A stretch of DNA of 64,000 nt from an uncultured bacterium. GTDB taxonomy: Bacteria > Edwardsbacteria > AC1 > EtOH8. Below the pieces are notes generated by a model. That model was not told the origin of the DNA. It ran no database searches and saw nothing but the letters and a program-made list of their open reading frames with translations. The DNA is taken from positions 21,319 to 85,318 of the forward strand of contig CAZPNX010000010.1 of the NCBI GenBank assembly GCA_964588285.1, read 5' to 3'. Shown piece by piece: positions 19,008-30,361 of the stretch (the first letter of the stretch is position 1; every line of letters starts with the position of its first letter). Both the position numbers and the translations under genes were made by a program.

Positions 19008-19718
19008 TTAGACCTTGACCTGCCCCAGCCGGGCGAAAATTTCGTCCAGGGCCGGACCCAGCTTGGCCGGGTCGTCGGTCTTCTCCGGCATGTTGTCGAA
19101 TACGGCGAACGGCACCTTGTGCCCTTTGATCTCGATAATGCCCTGGTCCTTGCCGCCGGAAAGCTTCTCCCAGTCGTTGATCTTGTAATAGTATTCCATC
19201 TTGTCGTCCGGCAGGGAATGGTAGAGAACGCTGTGCTCCTCTCCCTTGCGGGCCCGCTTGCGGTTCTTGCGCACCGACTCCTCGTAGGTCACCTTGATGT
19301 AGACGATCCGGGCCAGCTTGAGGATGTCGTCCGACAGGAAGTTGAAGGCGTCGCGGAACCCGTTCTCCCCGCCCCGGGCGAATTCTATCAGCGAGGTGTG
19401 CTTCTTGAGGAAATCGGGCTCGGCCAGCCTCTTGGCGAAGGCGTTGTTGATCTTCTGGATGCAGACGTGCCAGGCGAACTCGTCCTTGAAGTAGTAGTCG
19501 GGTTTGGAGTGCAGCCGCTCCCTGCCGTTGGCGCTGAGGAAGTCGTCCTCCTCGAACCACTCCCAGATATAGAGAAAGTCGTCGAACTCGGCCAGCTCGG
19601 CCACATTGAAGCGCTCCATCCGCTCCACCAGCGGAGTCTTCTTCAGGTAGTCGATGACCTCGCTCTTGCCGGCGGCCGGCCGGGCCACCAGGATGATGAC
19701 CGGGTGGTGCTTGTCCAT
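19008..19718 (-). CDS. P-loop NTPase / kinase-like protein
   Basis: A Walker A motif (VARPAAGKSE) is present, with 6-phosphofructo-2-kinase/zeta-toxin-like spacing (FARGGENGFRDAFNFL). Confidence 0.5.
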   Translation of the reverse strand: MDKHHPVIILVARPAAGKSEVIDYLKKTPLVERMERFNVAELAEFDDFLYIWEWFEEDDFLSANGRERLHSKPDYYFKDEFAWHVCIQKINNAFAKRLAEPDFLKKHTSLIEFARGGENGFRDAFNFLSDDILKLARIVYIKVTYEESVRKNRKRARKGEEHSVLYHSLPDDKMEYYYKINDWEKLSGGKDQGIIEIKGHKVPFAVFDNMPEKTDDPAKLGPALDEIFARLGQVKV

Positions 19719-19743
19719 GGCTCTATCTCCTTGCTTTGCTTTT

Positions 19744-19790
19744 AGTCATTGCGAGCCCTGCCCCTTGACTGGCGAGCGAAGCAATCTCAA
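19744..19790. repeat. copy A of a local ~45 nt repeat (GTCATTGCGAG-N15-GGYGARCGAAGCAATC)
   Basis: The sequence agtcattgcgagccctgccccttgactggcgagcgaagcaatc lies between the P-loop gene and the GIY-YIG gene. Confidence 0.6.
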
Positions 19791-20071
19791 CCTGATTCGC
19801 TCAAGTCTTTGTACTCGGGATTCATGCTCTTAATCAGCCTCTCCTTGGCCGCCCGCGAGCCCGCCTTGATCTGCTTCTCCCTGGCTATGGCTTTGACGAT
19901 ACTTACGAATGTCTCGTAATAGACCAGTTTGTTCACATTGTATCTTGAAGTGAAACCGGATACCGCCTTGGACTTGTGTTCCGCCACCCGCCTTTTCAGG
20001 TTGTTGGTCACGCCGGTGTATAGCACCGTGTTCCGTTTGTTCGATAGGATGTACACGTAATACCGCTTCAT
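19787..20071 (-). CDS. GIY-YIG nuclease-family small protein
   Basis: MKRYYVYILSNKRNTVLYTGVTNNLKRRVAEH is the GIY-YIG motif (YVYIL...LYTG). I set the start at the internal ATG (CAT 20069-20071). Confidence 0.8.
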   Translation of the reverse strand: MKRYYVYILSNKRNTVLYTGVTNNLKRRVAEHKSKAVSGFTSRYNVNKLVYYETFVSIVKAIAREKQIKAGSRAAKERLIKSMNPEYKDLSESG

Positions 20072-20077
20072 GCTACC

Positions 20078-20250
20078 CGTCATTGCGGGAATTGCGCCTG
20101 GTCTTACAGACGATGCGATCGCTTGACTTTTGCCAGGCGCCAACGGTCATTGCGAGACCGACTTCCCGCCTGGTGAACGAAGCAATCGTTGATCCGTTGT
20201 CAGGCACCGTCCGGGATTGCTCCGCCCGTCCTATGAATGCCCTGCTCGCA
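20078..20250. repeat. cluster of three further copies of the GTCATTGCGAG repeat (direct copies C and B, inverted copy D) upstream of the GIY-YIG gene
   Basis: Copy C (20078-20127) is ccgtcattgcgggaattgcgcc...gatcgcttgac. Copy B (20145-20195) is ggtcattgcgagaccgacttcccgcctggtgaacgaagcaatcg. Copy D (20233-20248) is ctgctcgcaatgacgg, the reverse complement of the core. Confidence 0.6.
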
Positions 20251-20266
20251 ATGACGGCCGGTGCGC

Positions 20267-21133
20267 CTACCCCACCGCCTTCAGCTGCAGGGAGAAGTCC
20301 ATGGCCGGGGCCGAGTGGGTGATGGCTCCCACCGAGATGAAGTCCACCCCGCATTCGGCGATCTGCCGCACGTTATCAATGCTGACGTTGCCCGAGGCCT
20401 CCAATCGGAGTTTCCCCTGGTCCCGGGCCGGATGGGAGAAGACTAAGCGGCAGGCCTCGGCCATCCGCTCCGGCTTCATGTTGTCCAGCATGATGATGTC
20501 CGGCTCCTCGGCCAGGGCTTCCTCCAGCTGGGACAGGTTCTGCACCTCCACCTCGATTTTCACCCGGCCGTGGTCCGCCTCTTTCACCTTGCGGATGGCG
20601 TTGGCCACCCCGCCGGCCGCCTCGATGTGGTTGTCCTTGATGAGCACCATGTCCCAAAGACCCATGCGGTGGTTCTGCCCGCCGCCGCAGGCCACCGCGT
20701 ATTTCTCCAGCGCCCTCAGCCCGGGAGTCGTCTTACGGGTATCGAGTATTTTAGCCCTGGTTCCCCTGACCGCCTCCACGAAACTGTTGGTGAGGGTGGC
20801 GATGCCCGAGAGGTGCTGCAGGAAGTTGAGAGCCGTCCGCTCGGCCGCCAGGATGGAGCGTGTTTTCCCCTGCACTGTCAGAGCCACCTGGCCCAGCTCA
20901 ACCTTCTCCCCGTCCTTGATCTGAACCTCGGCCTTGAGTTCCGGGTCGACCGCCAGGAAGGCCTCCTTGCAGACATCGATCCCGGCCAGCACCCCGTCCT
21001 GCTTGGCCATCACCAGGGCCAGGCCGCAGGCCGTTTCGCCCACCGTGAACTGGCTTGTGATGTCCCCCTTGCCGATGTCCTCTTTAAGAGCTTGCCTGAT
21101 AAGAGGTCTGATTTTTTTGCAATTATATTTCAT
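20267..21133 (-). CDS. nadC: nicotinate-nucleotide pyrophosphorylase (carboxylating)
   Basis: The 288 aa product shows QAPRTase signatures: LDTRKTTPGLR, KDNHI and IMLDNM. The first ~12 codons fall inside the AT-rich segment. Confidence 0.9.
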   Translation of the reverse strand: MKYNCKKIRPLIRQALKEDIGKGDITSQFTVGETACGLALVMAKQDGVLAGIDVCKEAFLAVDPELKAEVQIKDGEKVELGQVALTVQGKTRSILAAERTALNFLQHLSGIATLTNSFVEAVRGTRAKILDTRKTTPGLRALEKYAVACGGGQNHRMGLWDMVLIKDNHIEAAGGVANAIRKVKEADHGRVKIEVEVQNLSQLEEALAEEPDIIMLDNMKPERMAEACRLVFSHPARDQGKLRLEASGNVSIDNVRQIAECGVDFISVGAITHSAPAMDFSLQLKAVG

Positions 21134-21149
21134 TTATGCTTATATCTTT

Positions 21150-21955
21150 TTAAAAGAAACCAACGTTAATTGATAACATTAAATACTTAATATATCCATT
21201 GATATATCTTCCCTTCATGCTTAAGCCAGCATGATAATAGCAAAAAGCATTTCTTTTCATTTTTGGCTTGACACTATCCGACAGCCCGAAACCAGTCAGA
21301 ACACCAAATTCCATTCCTCTGGTCTTTTCGATTTCTTTACTAATGATAATATTTGAATATAGTTTATTGAACGGTGTGCCAGTATACATGATACCAACAG
21401 AATAATCTTGATAAGAACGGTCGTTCTTATACAACAAAGCCAAATCTTCCGATCTTAAAATCACGATATCTTCATTAAACCATTTATAACCAATAAAGGG
21501 AGTAAAATCTGACAATGTGCGATTCTTATAATATGAGAACAACAACGATACGCTCGTACTCCCATAACTCGGATTTTTCTGATATCTAAGCCCCTGTCCA
21601 AACGTTCCTATAAAATCATGCGTTATCAGCAAACCTATCGGTTTATACTTAACTCCATAAATGATATTTAACATACTTGGAAAACCAGTGCCCGCTGTAT
21701 CTATTTGCATCCCCGCTGGTAAAGATAATGGATAATTATAACCTTTGTAATATCCTATACCTATTGAGGCGTCCATGTAAATACTTAGATTGCCGTAATG
21801 TGTACCCAGTCTTCCATATTCCACATTAGTAGAGTCTTCACAAAATAACTGGGATGATAATATGATTAGAGAAAATTGAAAGAAAATAGTAAATATTAAT
21901 GCCTTATAATATTGACTACTTTCTTGTGGTTTTAATGAATGCAAACGTGAACAAA

Positions 21956-21959
<4 letters not shown>
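21150..21959 (-). CDS. hypothetical Tyr/Asn-rich secreted protein, likely an outer-membrane beta-barrel, encoded by an AT-rich island
   Basis: There is an N-terminal signal-like region ([22 protein letters not shown]) and a C-terminal aromatic end (...SINVGFF). A GTG start at 21957-21959 has a GGAGG 8 nt upstream and overlaps the uvrB stop (GTGA). Sampled lines are about 28-45% G+C against about 67% in the flanks. Confidence 0.55.
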
Positions 21960-24049
<2,090 letters not shown>

Positions 24050-24098
24050 TCCGGCCCTCGTCTTCCACCAAGCTTTGTGAACGGTGAAGGGTGAATGG

Positions 24099-24470
24099 TC
24101 AGCGTTTGGAGCGGGAGGCCAAATGCGTGATCAGTCCTCCCAGCTTGCTGCCGATCGACTCGATCTGCCTGTCTAATGTTGCCCGTTCTTCATCCGTAAG
24201 ATAGTTGAGCTGACATGCGATCTCGATCAGCGTATCCAACTCGCTTAAAGAACCACCTGAAATGTAGAGAAAAGCGATGAACTCCTTTGACGACCTACGA
24301 GCCGCACCTTCGGCTATGTTAGCCGGGACAGAGACCGCCGCCCGCCTCATTTGGGAGGTCAATCCATAGGCTTCCATTTTGGGAAAGCGCTCGGTAATTT
24401 TGTAGATATCGATCGACATCTTCACGCTTTCCTTCCAAACATCCAGTCTCTTATGCGCCCTCACATACAT
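24099..24470 (-). CDS. four-helix-bundle protein (23S rRNA intervening-sequence-protein family)
   Basis: The 123 aa product reads ...[37 protein letters not shown]...[22 protein letters not shown], which is the canonical family sequence. Confidence 0.8.
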   Translation of the reverse strand: MYVRAHKRLDVWKESVKMSIDIYKITERFPKMEAYGLTSQMRRAAVSVPANIAEGAARRSSKEFIAFLYISGGSLSELDTLIEIACQLNYLTDEERATLDRQIESIGSKLGGLITHLASRSKR

Positions 24471-24521
24471 TCTGTTGACTCCTCAATTTACCAATCACTT
24501 TTCACAATTCACGTCGGCTCG

Positions 24522-25511
24522 TCAGAGCCGCTTCTCCAATATCACCATCCAGATGTCCATCGGCCTGCGCCAGCCGGTCCCCTTGACCAGCCTCCTGTTT
24601 CGAGCCGACTTGGGCAGATGCATTTCCATCTTGCCGGCCCCCAGCAGATGGGCCAAGGCCCTCCCCTCGTGCAGTATGCTTTTGAATGTACTGCTGTCTC
24701 TGGCCGCCGCCCGGCAGTAGTTGAAGTATTTCTTGTCCTTCGACTGCAGTATGGCCAGCGCCCCGGCCAGTCCTCTGTCGTCGTAGAGCGAGTAGACCCT
24801 TTTCTGCCTTACCAGTCCGGTCAGGGACTCCCGGTCGAACTCCCAGGCCGACCATCCCTGCAGGAACAGCCCTTTCCAATGGGCGGCGTCTTTGTCTTTT
24901 TGGAAAAGTTGCCTCAGTGCCTCCAGTTCCGACATGTTAGAACGCACCAGCGCCGTCTCCGGCTTTGGCCAAGGCTTGGCAATATACTCGTCGAACCCGG
25001 CGATGATCCGCATGCCCATGGACATCCCCAGGTGCTGGGAGATCTTGTTGTAGGATCCGGTGGCGTAGCGGATGAACCTGGGCCTCTGGCTCAAGGCCCA
25101 TTTCCACGACCAGTCCTGAATGGCCCGTCCGATCTTGTGCCCGCGGAACTTGGGATCCACCCGCAGGCCCTCCAGCCATATCTCCCCCGGCCGCTGCACG
25201 GTTATCTTTCCGACACCCACCGGCCTTCCAGTATTTGCTTTGGTCACCGAGCCCTTCGCACCCCGAGAGCGGTCATCGAGCGGAGTCGAGATGTAGCCGA
25301 GGGGCGCTCTGGATAAACTCCGTCGAGATGACCTCGATTGACCAAGAGTAGCCACGAAGAATATCCCCCTGCGGTCCTTCACCCACTCGTCCCAGACCTC
25401 GGGCAGATAGTCGCCCCAGCGCCCGAAGGTGCGCTTGCAGAAGTCGAGGACGATACGCTTGTCGGACTGACGGGCTCTTCGGATATTAATTGTTATATTG
25501 GAGCTTTGCAT
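24522..25511 (-). CDS. GNAT-family N-acetyltransferase (unusually large, with a low-complexity insert)
   Basis: The acetyl-CoA-binding motif is LRVDPKFRGHKIGRAI. There is an N-terminal GNAT fold and a roughly 120-aa C-terminal extension. Confidence 0.65.
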   Translation of the reverse strand: MQSSNITINIRRARQSDKRIVLDFCKRTFGRWGDYLPEVWDEWVKDRRGIFFVATLGQSRSSRRSLSRAPLGYISTPLDDRSRGAKGSVTKANTGRPVGVGKITVQRPGEIWLEGLRVDPKFRGHKIGRAIQDWSWKWALSQRPRFIRYATGSYNKISQHLGMSMGMRIIAGFDEYIAKPWPKPETALVRSNMSELEALRQLFQKDKDAAHWKGLFLQGWSAWEFDRESLTGLVRQKRVYSLYDDRGLAGALAILQSKDKKYFNYCRAAARDSSTFKSILHEGRALAHLLGAGKMEMHLPKSARNRRLVKGTGWRRPMDIWMVILEKRL

Positions 25512-25518
25512 TTTGAAT

Positions 25519-26841
25519 TTATTCGGTCCTTCCCGTGAAATGGAAGTCCCTCACCTTCATCGGCGGCACCACCATCCCCTCCTTGGCCTCGGCCGGCCCC
25601 AGGGCCTCCACGTTGTTGAAGAACTCGGTCAGGTTCTGGTTGAACCTCATGTTCTTCACCCCGCAGACTATTCTCCCGTTCTCGATGAGGAAGGTCCCGT
25701 CCCGGGTCATGCCGGTGATCACCGGGACCTTGCGGTCCACCACCCGGTTGTACCAGAACCTGGTCACCAGTATCCCCCGCTCGGTGGACTTGATCATCTG
25801 CTCCAAAGAAGCCCTGCCGCCCCTGAGCACCAGGTTCTGGGGAAACGGCCCGAAGGTGTTGGGCTGGGGCAGGCCGTGTCCGGTGCTCTTTTTCCCCTCC
25901 TTGGCCGCCATCTTTTGGTCGTAGACCATGTTCTTGGCCACCCCTTTGTCAACTAGAACCACCCTCCTTTTGGGAATGCCCTCGTAGTCGAACGGTTCGG
26001 CCCAGGTCATTCGGGGATCAAAGGCGTCGTCGTAGATGGTTATGTTGCTTCCGAACATCTTTTTGCCGATGTTCCCGGACAGACAGCTGGTCCCCTCCTG
26101 AATCGACTGCGTGCCGAAGGCCAGCCAGGCCATGAACTGCAGCGGCGTGGCCGCCGCCTCAGGCTCTAAAATGACGGTGTAAACTCCGGGTTCCAACGCC
26201 CGGGGGCTGACCGAACCCAGGCACTTGGCGATGGCGATCCGGGCCACCTCAGCCGGGTCGATTTTCGCAAAGGAGCGTGATGTTCTCTCGGCCCTTCCGG
26301 CCGCCAGGCCCTGGCGGGCGGTGATCTCCATGGTGGCCGAACTCTGCCTATGGTAGGCGAACAGGCCTTTGGTGTTGGCCATGGCCCTCATGTAGCCGGT
26401 GTTGGACACCAGGCCGGCCAGCTCCACCCTGCTTTTCTTGGCCAGGTCCACCGCCTTCTTGACCATGGCCGCCCGCTTGGCCGGCTCCACATCGGCCGTG
26501 GCCTCGGAATAGCCCTTGATGGCGCGGTACCGCTGCGGCCCGGCCATGGGCGGCAGGCCCTGATCTACGCCGATGGCCCTGGCCGCCTCGGCCGCCTGCA
26601 TGGCCAGCTTGGCCAGCGACTGGTCGTCGAACTGGTTGGTGGTGGCCCGTCCCGATCGGTCGCCGATGTCCACCCGCAGCGAAATTGAGGCATCGTGCAC
26701 CGACACGTTCTGGTGGATGGCGTTGTTGGCGATCCGGGTAAGCGGCCTGATGGTCTGGTTGAGCATCACCTCGGCCTGCCCCTCGCCGACGTAGGACAGC
26801 GTCTGTTGGCAGATCTTCTTCGCTTCGTTTTTATTTATCAT
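25519..26841 (-). CDS. pmbA: TldD/PmbA-family metalloprotease (PmbA/TldE-like)
   Basis: The 440 aa product has TldE-type architecture. It sits next to tldD. Confidence 0.82.
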   Translation of the reverse strand: MINKNEAKKICQQTLSYVGEGQAEVMLNQTIRPLTRIANNAIHQNVSVHDASISLRVDIGDRSGRATTNQFDDQSLAKLAMQAAEAARAIGVDQGLPPMAGPQRYRAIKGYSEATADVEPAKRAAMVKKAVDLAKKSRVELAGLVSNTGYMRAMANTKGLFAYHRQSSATMEITARQGLAAGRAERTSRSFAKIDPAEVARIAIAKCLGSVSPRALEPGVYTVILEPEAAATPLQFMAWLAFGTQSIQEGTSCLSGNIGKKMFGSNITIYDDAFDPRMTWAEPFDYEGIPKRRVVLVDKGVAKNMVYDQKMAAKEGKKSTGHGLPQPNTFGPFPQNLVLRGGRASLEQMIKSTERGILVTRFWYNRVVDRKVPVITGMTRDGTFLIENGRIVCGVKNMRFNQNLTEFFNNVEALGPAEAKEGMVVPPMKVRDFHFTGRTE

Positions 26842-26926
26842 TTTGGCTTCCTTCTCTTGGCGCGGATTTTCATTGATTTTTCCAAATGATGGGATATCCG
26901 CGTAAATCCTTAGCTGAAGTAATGGT

Positions 26927-28372
26927 TTACTTGGGCACCACGCCGACCTGGACCTGGCGGAACCTGGCCGGGGCGCAGCCCTGGGCGGTGCGGGCGGTTT
27001 GCGGCGGCTCGCCCTTGCCGCAGTTGGCCGTGCCCCATATCCTCCAGTCGCCTTGGCCGCAGACCCGATCGCAGGAGTTCCAGAACTGGGTGGTGATGCC
27101 GGCGTAGGTTGCGTTCTTCAACATCCGGCCCATTTTCCCGTTTTTTATCTCCCAGGCGATCTCGGTGCCGAACTGGAAGTTGGAGCGGCGGTCGTCGATG
27201 GAAAAGCTCTTGTTGGTGGCCATGTAGATGCCGTCGTCGGTGTCGGCTATCAGCTCCTGCAGCGACAGGTCGCCGGGCAGGAGGTTGATGCAGGTCATCC
27301 TCACTAGGGGCATGTTGTCCCAGCCGTCGGCCCGCATGGCCCCGGTGGAGCGCTTCCCGATCACCCTGGCCGACTCCCTCGACGATAGGTAGTCGACCAG
27401 CAGGCCCTCCCGGATGAGGTCGAAGGGCTCGGCCCTGACGCCCTCATCGTCGTACCCGTAGCTCCCCAGCCCCCGGGGGCAGGTGGGGTCGGAAACGATT
27501 GTCACCGCCTTGGAGCCGTAGCGCAGTTTTCCCAGGTGGTCGGTGGTGGCAAAGCTGGTGCCGGCAAAGTTGGCCTCCGAGCCCAGCACCCGGTCCAGCT
27601 CCAAGGGATGGCCGACCGATTCGTGTATCTGAAGCGACAGCTGGGAGCCCTCGATGATGATGTCCTTTTTGCCTGAAGGACATTCGTCGGCCGAAAGCAA
27701 CGCCACCGCTTCTTCGGCCGTCCGTTCCGCGTTGCCGACAAAGTCCATCCCCTCAATCAACTCATAGCCATTCGACTCCCACTGCCCCCCGTGGGAACAG
27801 GGATAGGAACGGTGTTGGACGTCGCCGCCTTTTACGGCCGTGGCCGTGTAACCGCCGCCGCACTGGACGATGCGCTGTTTGATCAGCGAGCCGACGGTGG
27901 AGGCGAACAGCTGGTCCTCTACCCAGGCCGAAAAGCGCGACTCGGTGATGGCCACACCCTTGACTCGCCGCATGGCGGCGTCGGTCTTCAGCAGCAGGTC
28001 CAGCTTGGCCTCCAGCGGCACCTCCAGGGGATTCTTTTGGTGCGGCGTTACATAATGGTCAATGTACTTTTCCACCGGCGCCAGGGAGACGGCCTTGGCC
28101 TTGAGCCGGGCGCTGGCCTTGGCCACCTTGACCGCCAGCCTGGCAATGCGCTCGATCTCCTTTTTCTCCACCCTGGGGCTGGCGGCAAAGCCCCAGGCCC
28201 CTCCGGCAATGACCCTGACCCCAAAGCCGGCCGAGGTTGCCCGGTTGACCCCGCCCACCTTGCCGTCCTTGACGCTCAGGTTTTCCGACTCCTCGGTGAT
28301 TATTCTGACGTCAGCGTATCCGGCGCCGGCGGCCTGGGCCGCGTCCAGCGCCCTCAGTGCTAGGTCCTTCAC
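26927..28372 (-). CDS. tldD: metalloprotease TldD
   Basis: The 481 aa product contains the TldD metal-binding motif HESVGHPLELDRV and GMRADGW. Confidence 0.88.
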   Translation of the reverse strand: MKDLALRALDAAQAAGAGYADVRIITEESENLSVKDGKVGGVNRATSAGFGVRVIAGGAWGFAASPRVEKKEIERIARLAVKVAKASARLKAKAVSLAPVEKYIDHYVTPHQKNPLEVPLEAKLDLLLKTDAAMRRVKGVAITESRFSAWVEDQLFASTVGSLIKQRIVQCGGGYTATAVKGGDVQHRSYPCSHGGQWESNGYELIEGMDFVGNAERTAEEAVALLSADECPSGKKDIIIEGSQLSLQIHESVGHPLELDRVLGSEANFAGTSFATTDHLGKLRYGSKAVTIVSDPTCPRGLGSYGYDDEGVRAEPFDLIREGLLVDYLSSRESARVIGKRSTGAMRADGWDNMPLVRMTCINLLPGDLSLQELIADTDDGIYMATNKSFSIDDRRSNFQFGTEIAWEIKNGKMGRMLKNATYAGITTQFWNSCDRVCGQGDWRIWGTANCGKGEPPQTARTAQGCAPARFRQVQVGVVPK

Positions 28373-28506
28373 TTTATCCTCCCATTATCTGATTACCGCA
28401 TTCTGAGCCCGACTCCCTGCGCCACCGCCAAAGAATCCGATTATTGATCCAGACCCTTCGAAAGCCTGACGGACGGCCATCCTCAGGGTGACGTCCGGTT
28501 CTTTCG

Positions 28507-29421
28507 TCAGAACAGCGCCCAGCTGGCGCCCAATCCGGTGGTCAGCCTTGTTCGCAGGCCGTCACGCAACGAGACGGGGTAATCCCGGTCGTAGTCGTAA
28601 AGAGCCAGCAGGCCTGTCTTGAAGCTTAGGTACTTTGACAATTTGAAATAAACGGCTGTGTCCCATCTCCAATCGGCGGCATCCAGGCCCGAGGGAACGA
28701 ACAGCTTGAGCTCGGAGACCAGCCGGGCGCTGGACAGCAATGACCTGTCCACAGCGGCCACCGCTGTGAACCCCAGCTTGAACTTGGCTGCCGAACTGTC
28801 GGAAGGCTGGATCACCGTCAACTGGCCCGCCGGCCTGGTCAACGCGTAGGACGGGTCGTAGATCTCCTTGAGGGCCACCCCGGCCCTGATCGAGGCCGTA
28901 AAGTCCGGACGGTCGGCCAGGATGGCCCCCAGCCCCAGGCTTTGGGTTAGGACCACCGGCCTGAAGAATGCATCGAACTGAGTGTCCAGGGTCAGATCGC
29001 CGTAGGGGTTGAGCCTCCTCAGCACCCGCCATCCCAGATAGGAGTCGGAGTGGATCATATCGGCCGTTTCCACCGGCTGGCCGTCGCCGAATTTGGACTG
29101 GCCGTACTCGGCGTTGAAGCGGCTGTTCCAGTCGAACCATTGAAAGCGCCGCCGGGCGGTGCCGTCGCAGAAGACCGAGAGCGCATAGGCATTGTCCTCG
29201 GTTCCCTGCCAGTTCTGGGAAACATGGGTGGAGGAGAAATTCAACCCGGCTATGGCCGTCAGTCTCCAGCCCAGCAGGCGTTTGCCTGAGGTGTCGGCCG
29301 CTGCCTGCGCGCTGTCGGAAGTGACGTCAGGCTCCGGCTGGATTTCTTGGGCTGGCGCCGTCTCCCCCGTCAGCAGGCAGACGAGCAGAGCCGAAAGGCA
29401 GAAAGCGTAGGTTTTTTTCAT
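28507..29421 (-). CDS. DUF3078-like outer-membrane beta-barrel protein
   Basis: Start is at the internal ATG (CAT 29419-29421): MKKTYAFCLSALLVCLLTG, a signal peptide. The product has a beta-barrel pattern and ends ...GASWALF. Upstream of this start ORF 28507..29646 is non-coding (hundreds of nt of spurious N-terminal extension). Confidence 0.6.
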   Translation of the reverse strand: MKKTYAFCLSALLVCLLTGETAPAQEIQPEPDVTSDSAQAAADTSGKRLLGWRLTAIAGLNFSSTHVSQNWQGTEDNAYALSVFCDGTARRRFQWFDWNSRFNAEYGQSKFGDGQPVETADMIHSDSYLGWRVLRRLNPYGDLTLDTQFDAFFRPVVLTQSLGLGAILADRPDFTASIRAGVALKEIYDPSYALTRPAGQLTVIQPSDSSAAKFKLGFTAVAAVDRSLLSSARLVSELKLFVPSGLDAADWRWDTAVYFKLSKYLSFKTGLLALYDYDRDYPVSLRDGLRTRLTTGLGASWALF

Positions 29422-29431
29422 GGTGTTTACC

Positions 29432-30331
29432 TCATCCCTTGGCCACCGAGCTCCAGGGCGTAAATCCCAGACCCAGCACCTCCTTGGCGTCGGTGACCAC
29501 CATGAATGCCTTGGGGTCCAGCATCCGCACCGTCTCCCGCAAAGTGGACAGCTCCCGCCTCGAGACCACGCAGAACAGCACCGTCCGCTCGGCCCCCTGG
29601 TGAAACCCTCGCCCCGCCCACAGCGTGCCGCCCCGCCCCATACCATCCACCACCTCGGCCCTTATCTCCCGCCAGCGGTCGGAGATGATGTAGGCTGCCT
29701 TGTTGTAGGACCAGCCCTCCAGGATGAAGTCCAGGATGCGCCCGGAGATGTACAGGGCCATGAACCCGTAGAGTGCCAGGTCGACCTTCTTGAAGGTCAG
29801 CCCGGCCAGGGCGATGACGAGGAAGTCCACTGCCATGATGCCCATGCCCGGGGTGGCGTTGGTATACTTGGCGATGATCTGGGCCACGATGTCCGATCCC
29901 CCGGTGGTGGCCTGGTGGCGGAAGGCCAGCCCCAGCCCCACCCCCAAAAGCACCGCACCGTAGACCGTGGCCAGCAGCGGGTTCTTGGTGGCGGCGTTGA
30001 GGTGTAGAGCCGACTGTAGGTAGTCGGTCAGGAATGAGGCGGCGAAGACGGCGTAGATGGTTCGCAGGCCGAAGCGTTTGCCGAACTCGGCGATGCCCCA
30101 GGCGAACAGCGGGATGTTGATGGCGAAGATGACCGCCCCCACCGGCAGCTTGAAGAGGTAGTGGAAGATGGTGGCCAGGCCGGCCGCCCCGCCCGGGGCG
30201 ATCTTGTGGGGAACCAAAAAGAGGTCGTAGGCCAAGGCCATGCAGGCCGCGCCCAGGGTGATCATGGCGAAGTCGAAGGCCACCTTGGCCGGCGGCGGCC
30301 TGAGCTTTATTCTGGGGATGCTGAAGTCCAT
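29432..30331 (-). CDS. YitT-family membrane protein (DUF161/DUF2179)
   Basis: The 299 aa product has a 5-TM N-domain plus a C-terminal DUF2179 (TDAKEVLGLGF). Confidence 0.8.
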   Translation of the reverse strand: MDFSIPRIKLRPPPAKVAFDFAMITLGAACMALAYDLFLVPHKIAPGGAAGLATIFHYLFKLPVGAVIFAINIPLFAWGIAEFGKRFGLRTIYAVFAASFLTDYLQSALHLNAATKNPLLATVYGAVLLGVGLGLAFRHQATTGGSDIVAQIIAKYTNATPGMGIMAVDFLVIALAGLTFKKVDLALYGFMALYISGRILDFILEGWSYNKAAYIISDRWREIRAEVVDGMGRGGTLWAGRGFHQGAERTVLFCVVSRRELSTLRETVRMLDPKAFMVVTDAKEVLGLGFTPWSSVAKG

Positions 30332-30361
30332 TTATCCGATCAGAAGCCAATCTGAAATGAA

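Noticed and set aside
24522-25511. GNAT as part of a toxin-antitoxin pair with the four-helix-bundle protein
   Set aside because: The four-helix-bundle family is widespread and not a known antitoxin. There is no overlap or coupling between the two genes (51-nt spacer). The link is insufficient evidence.
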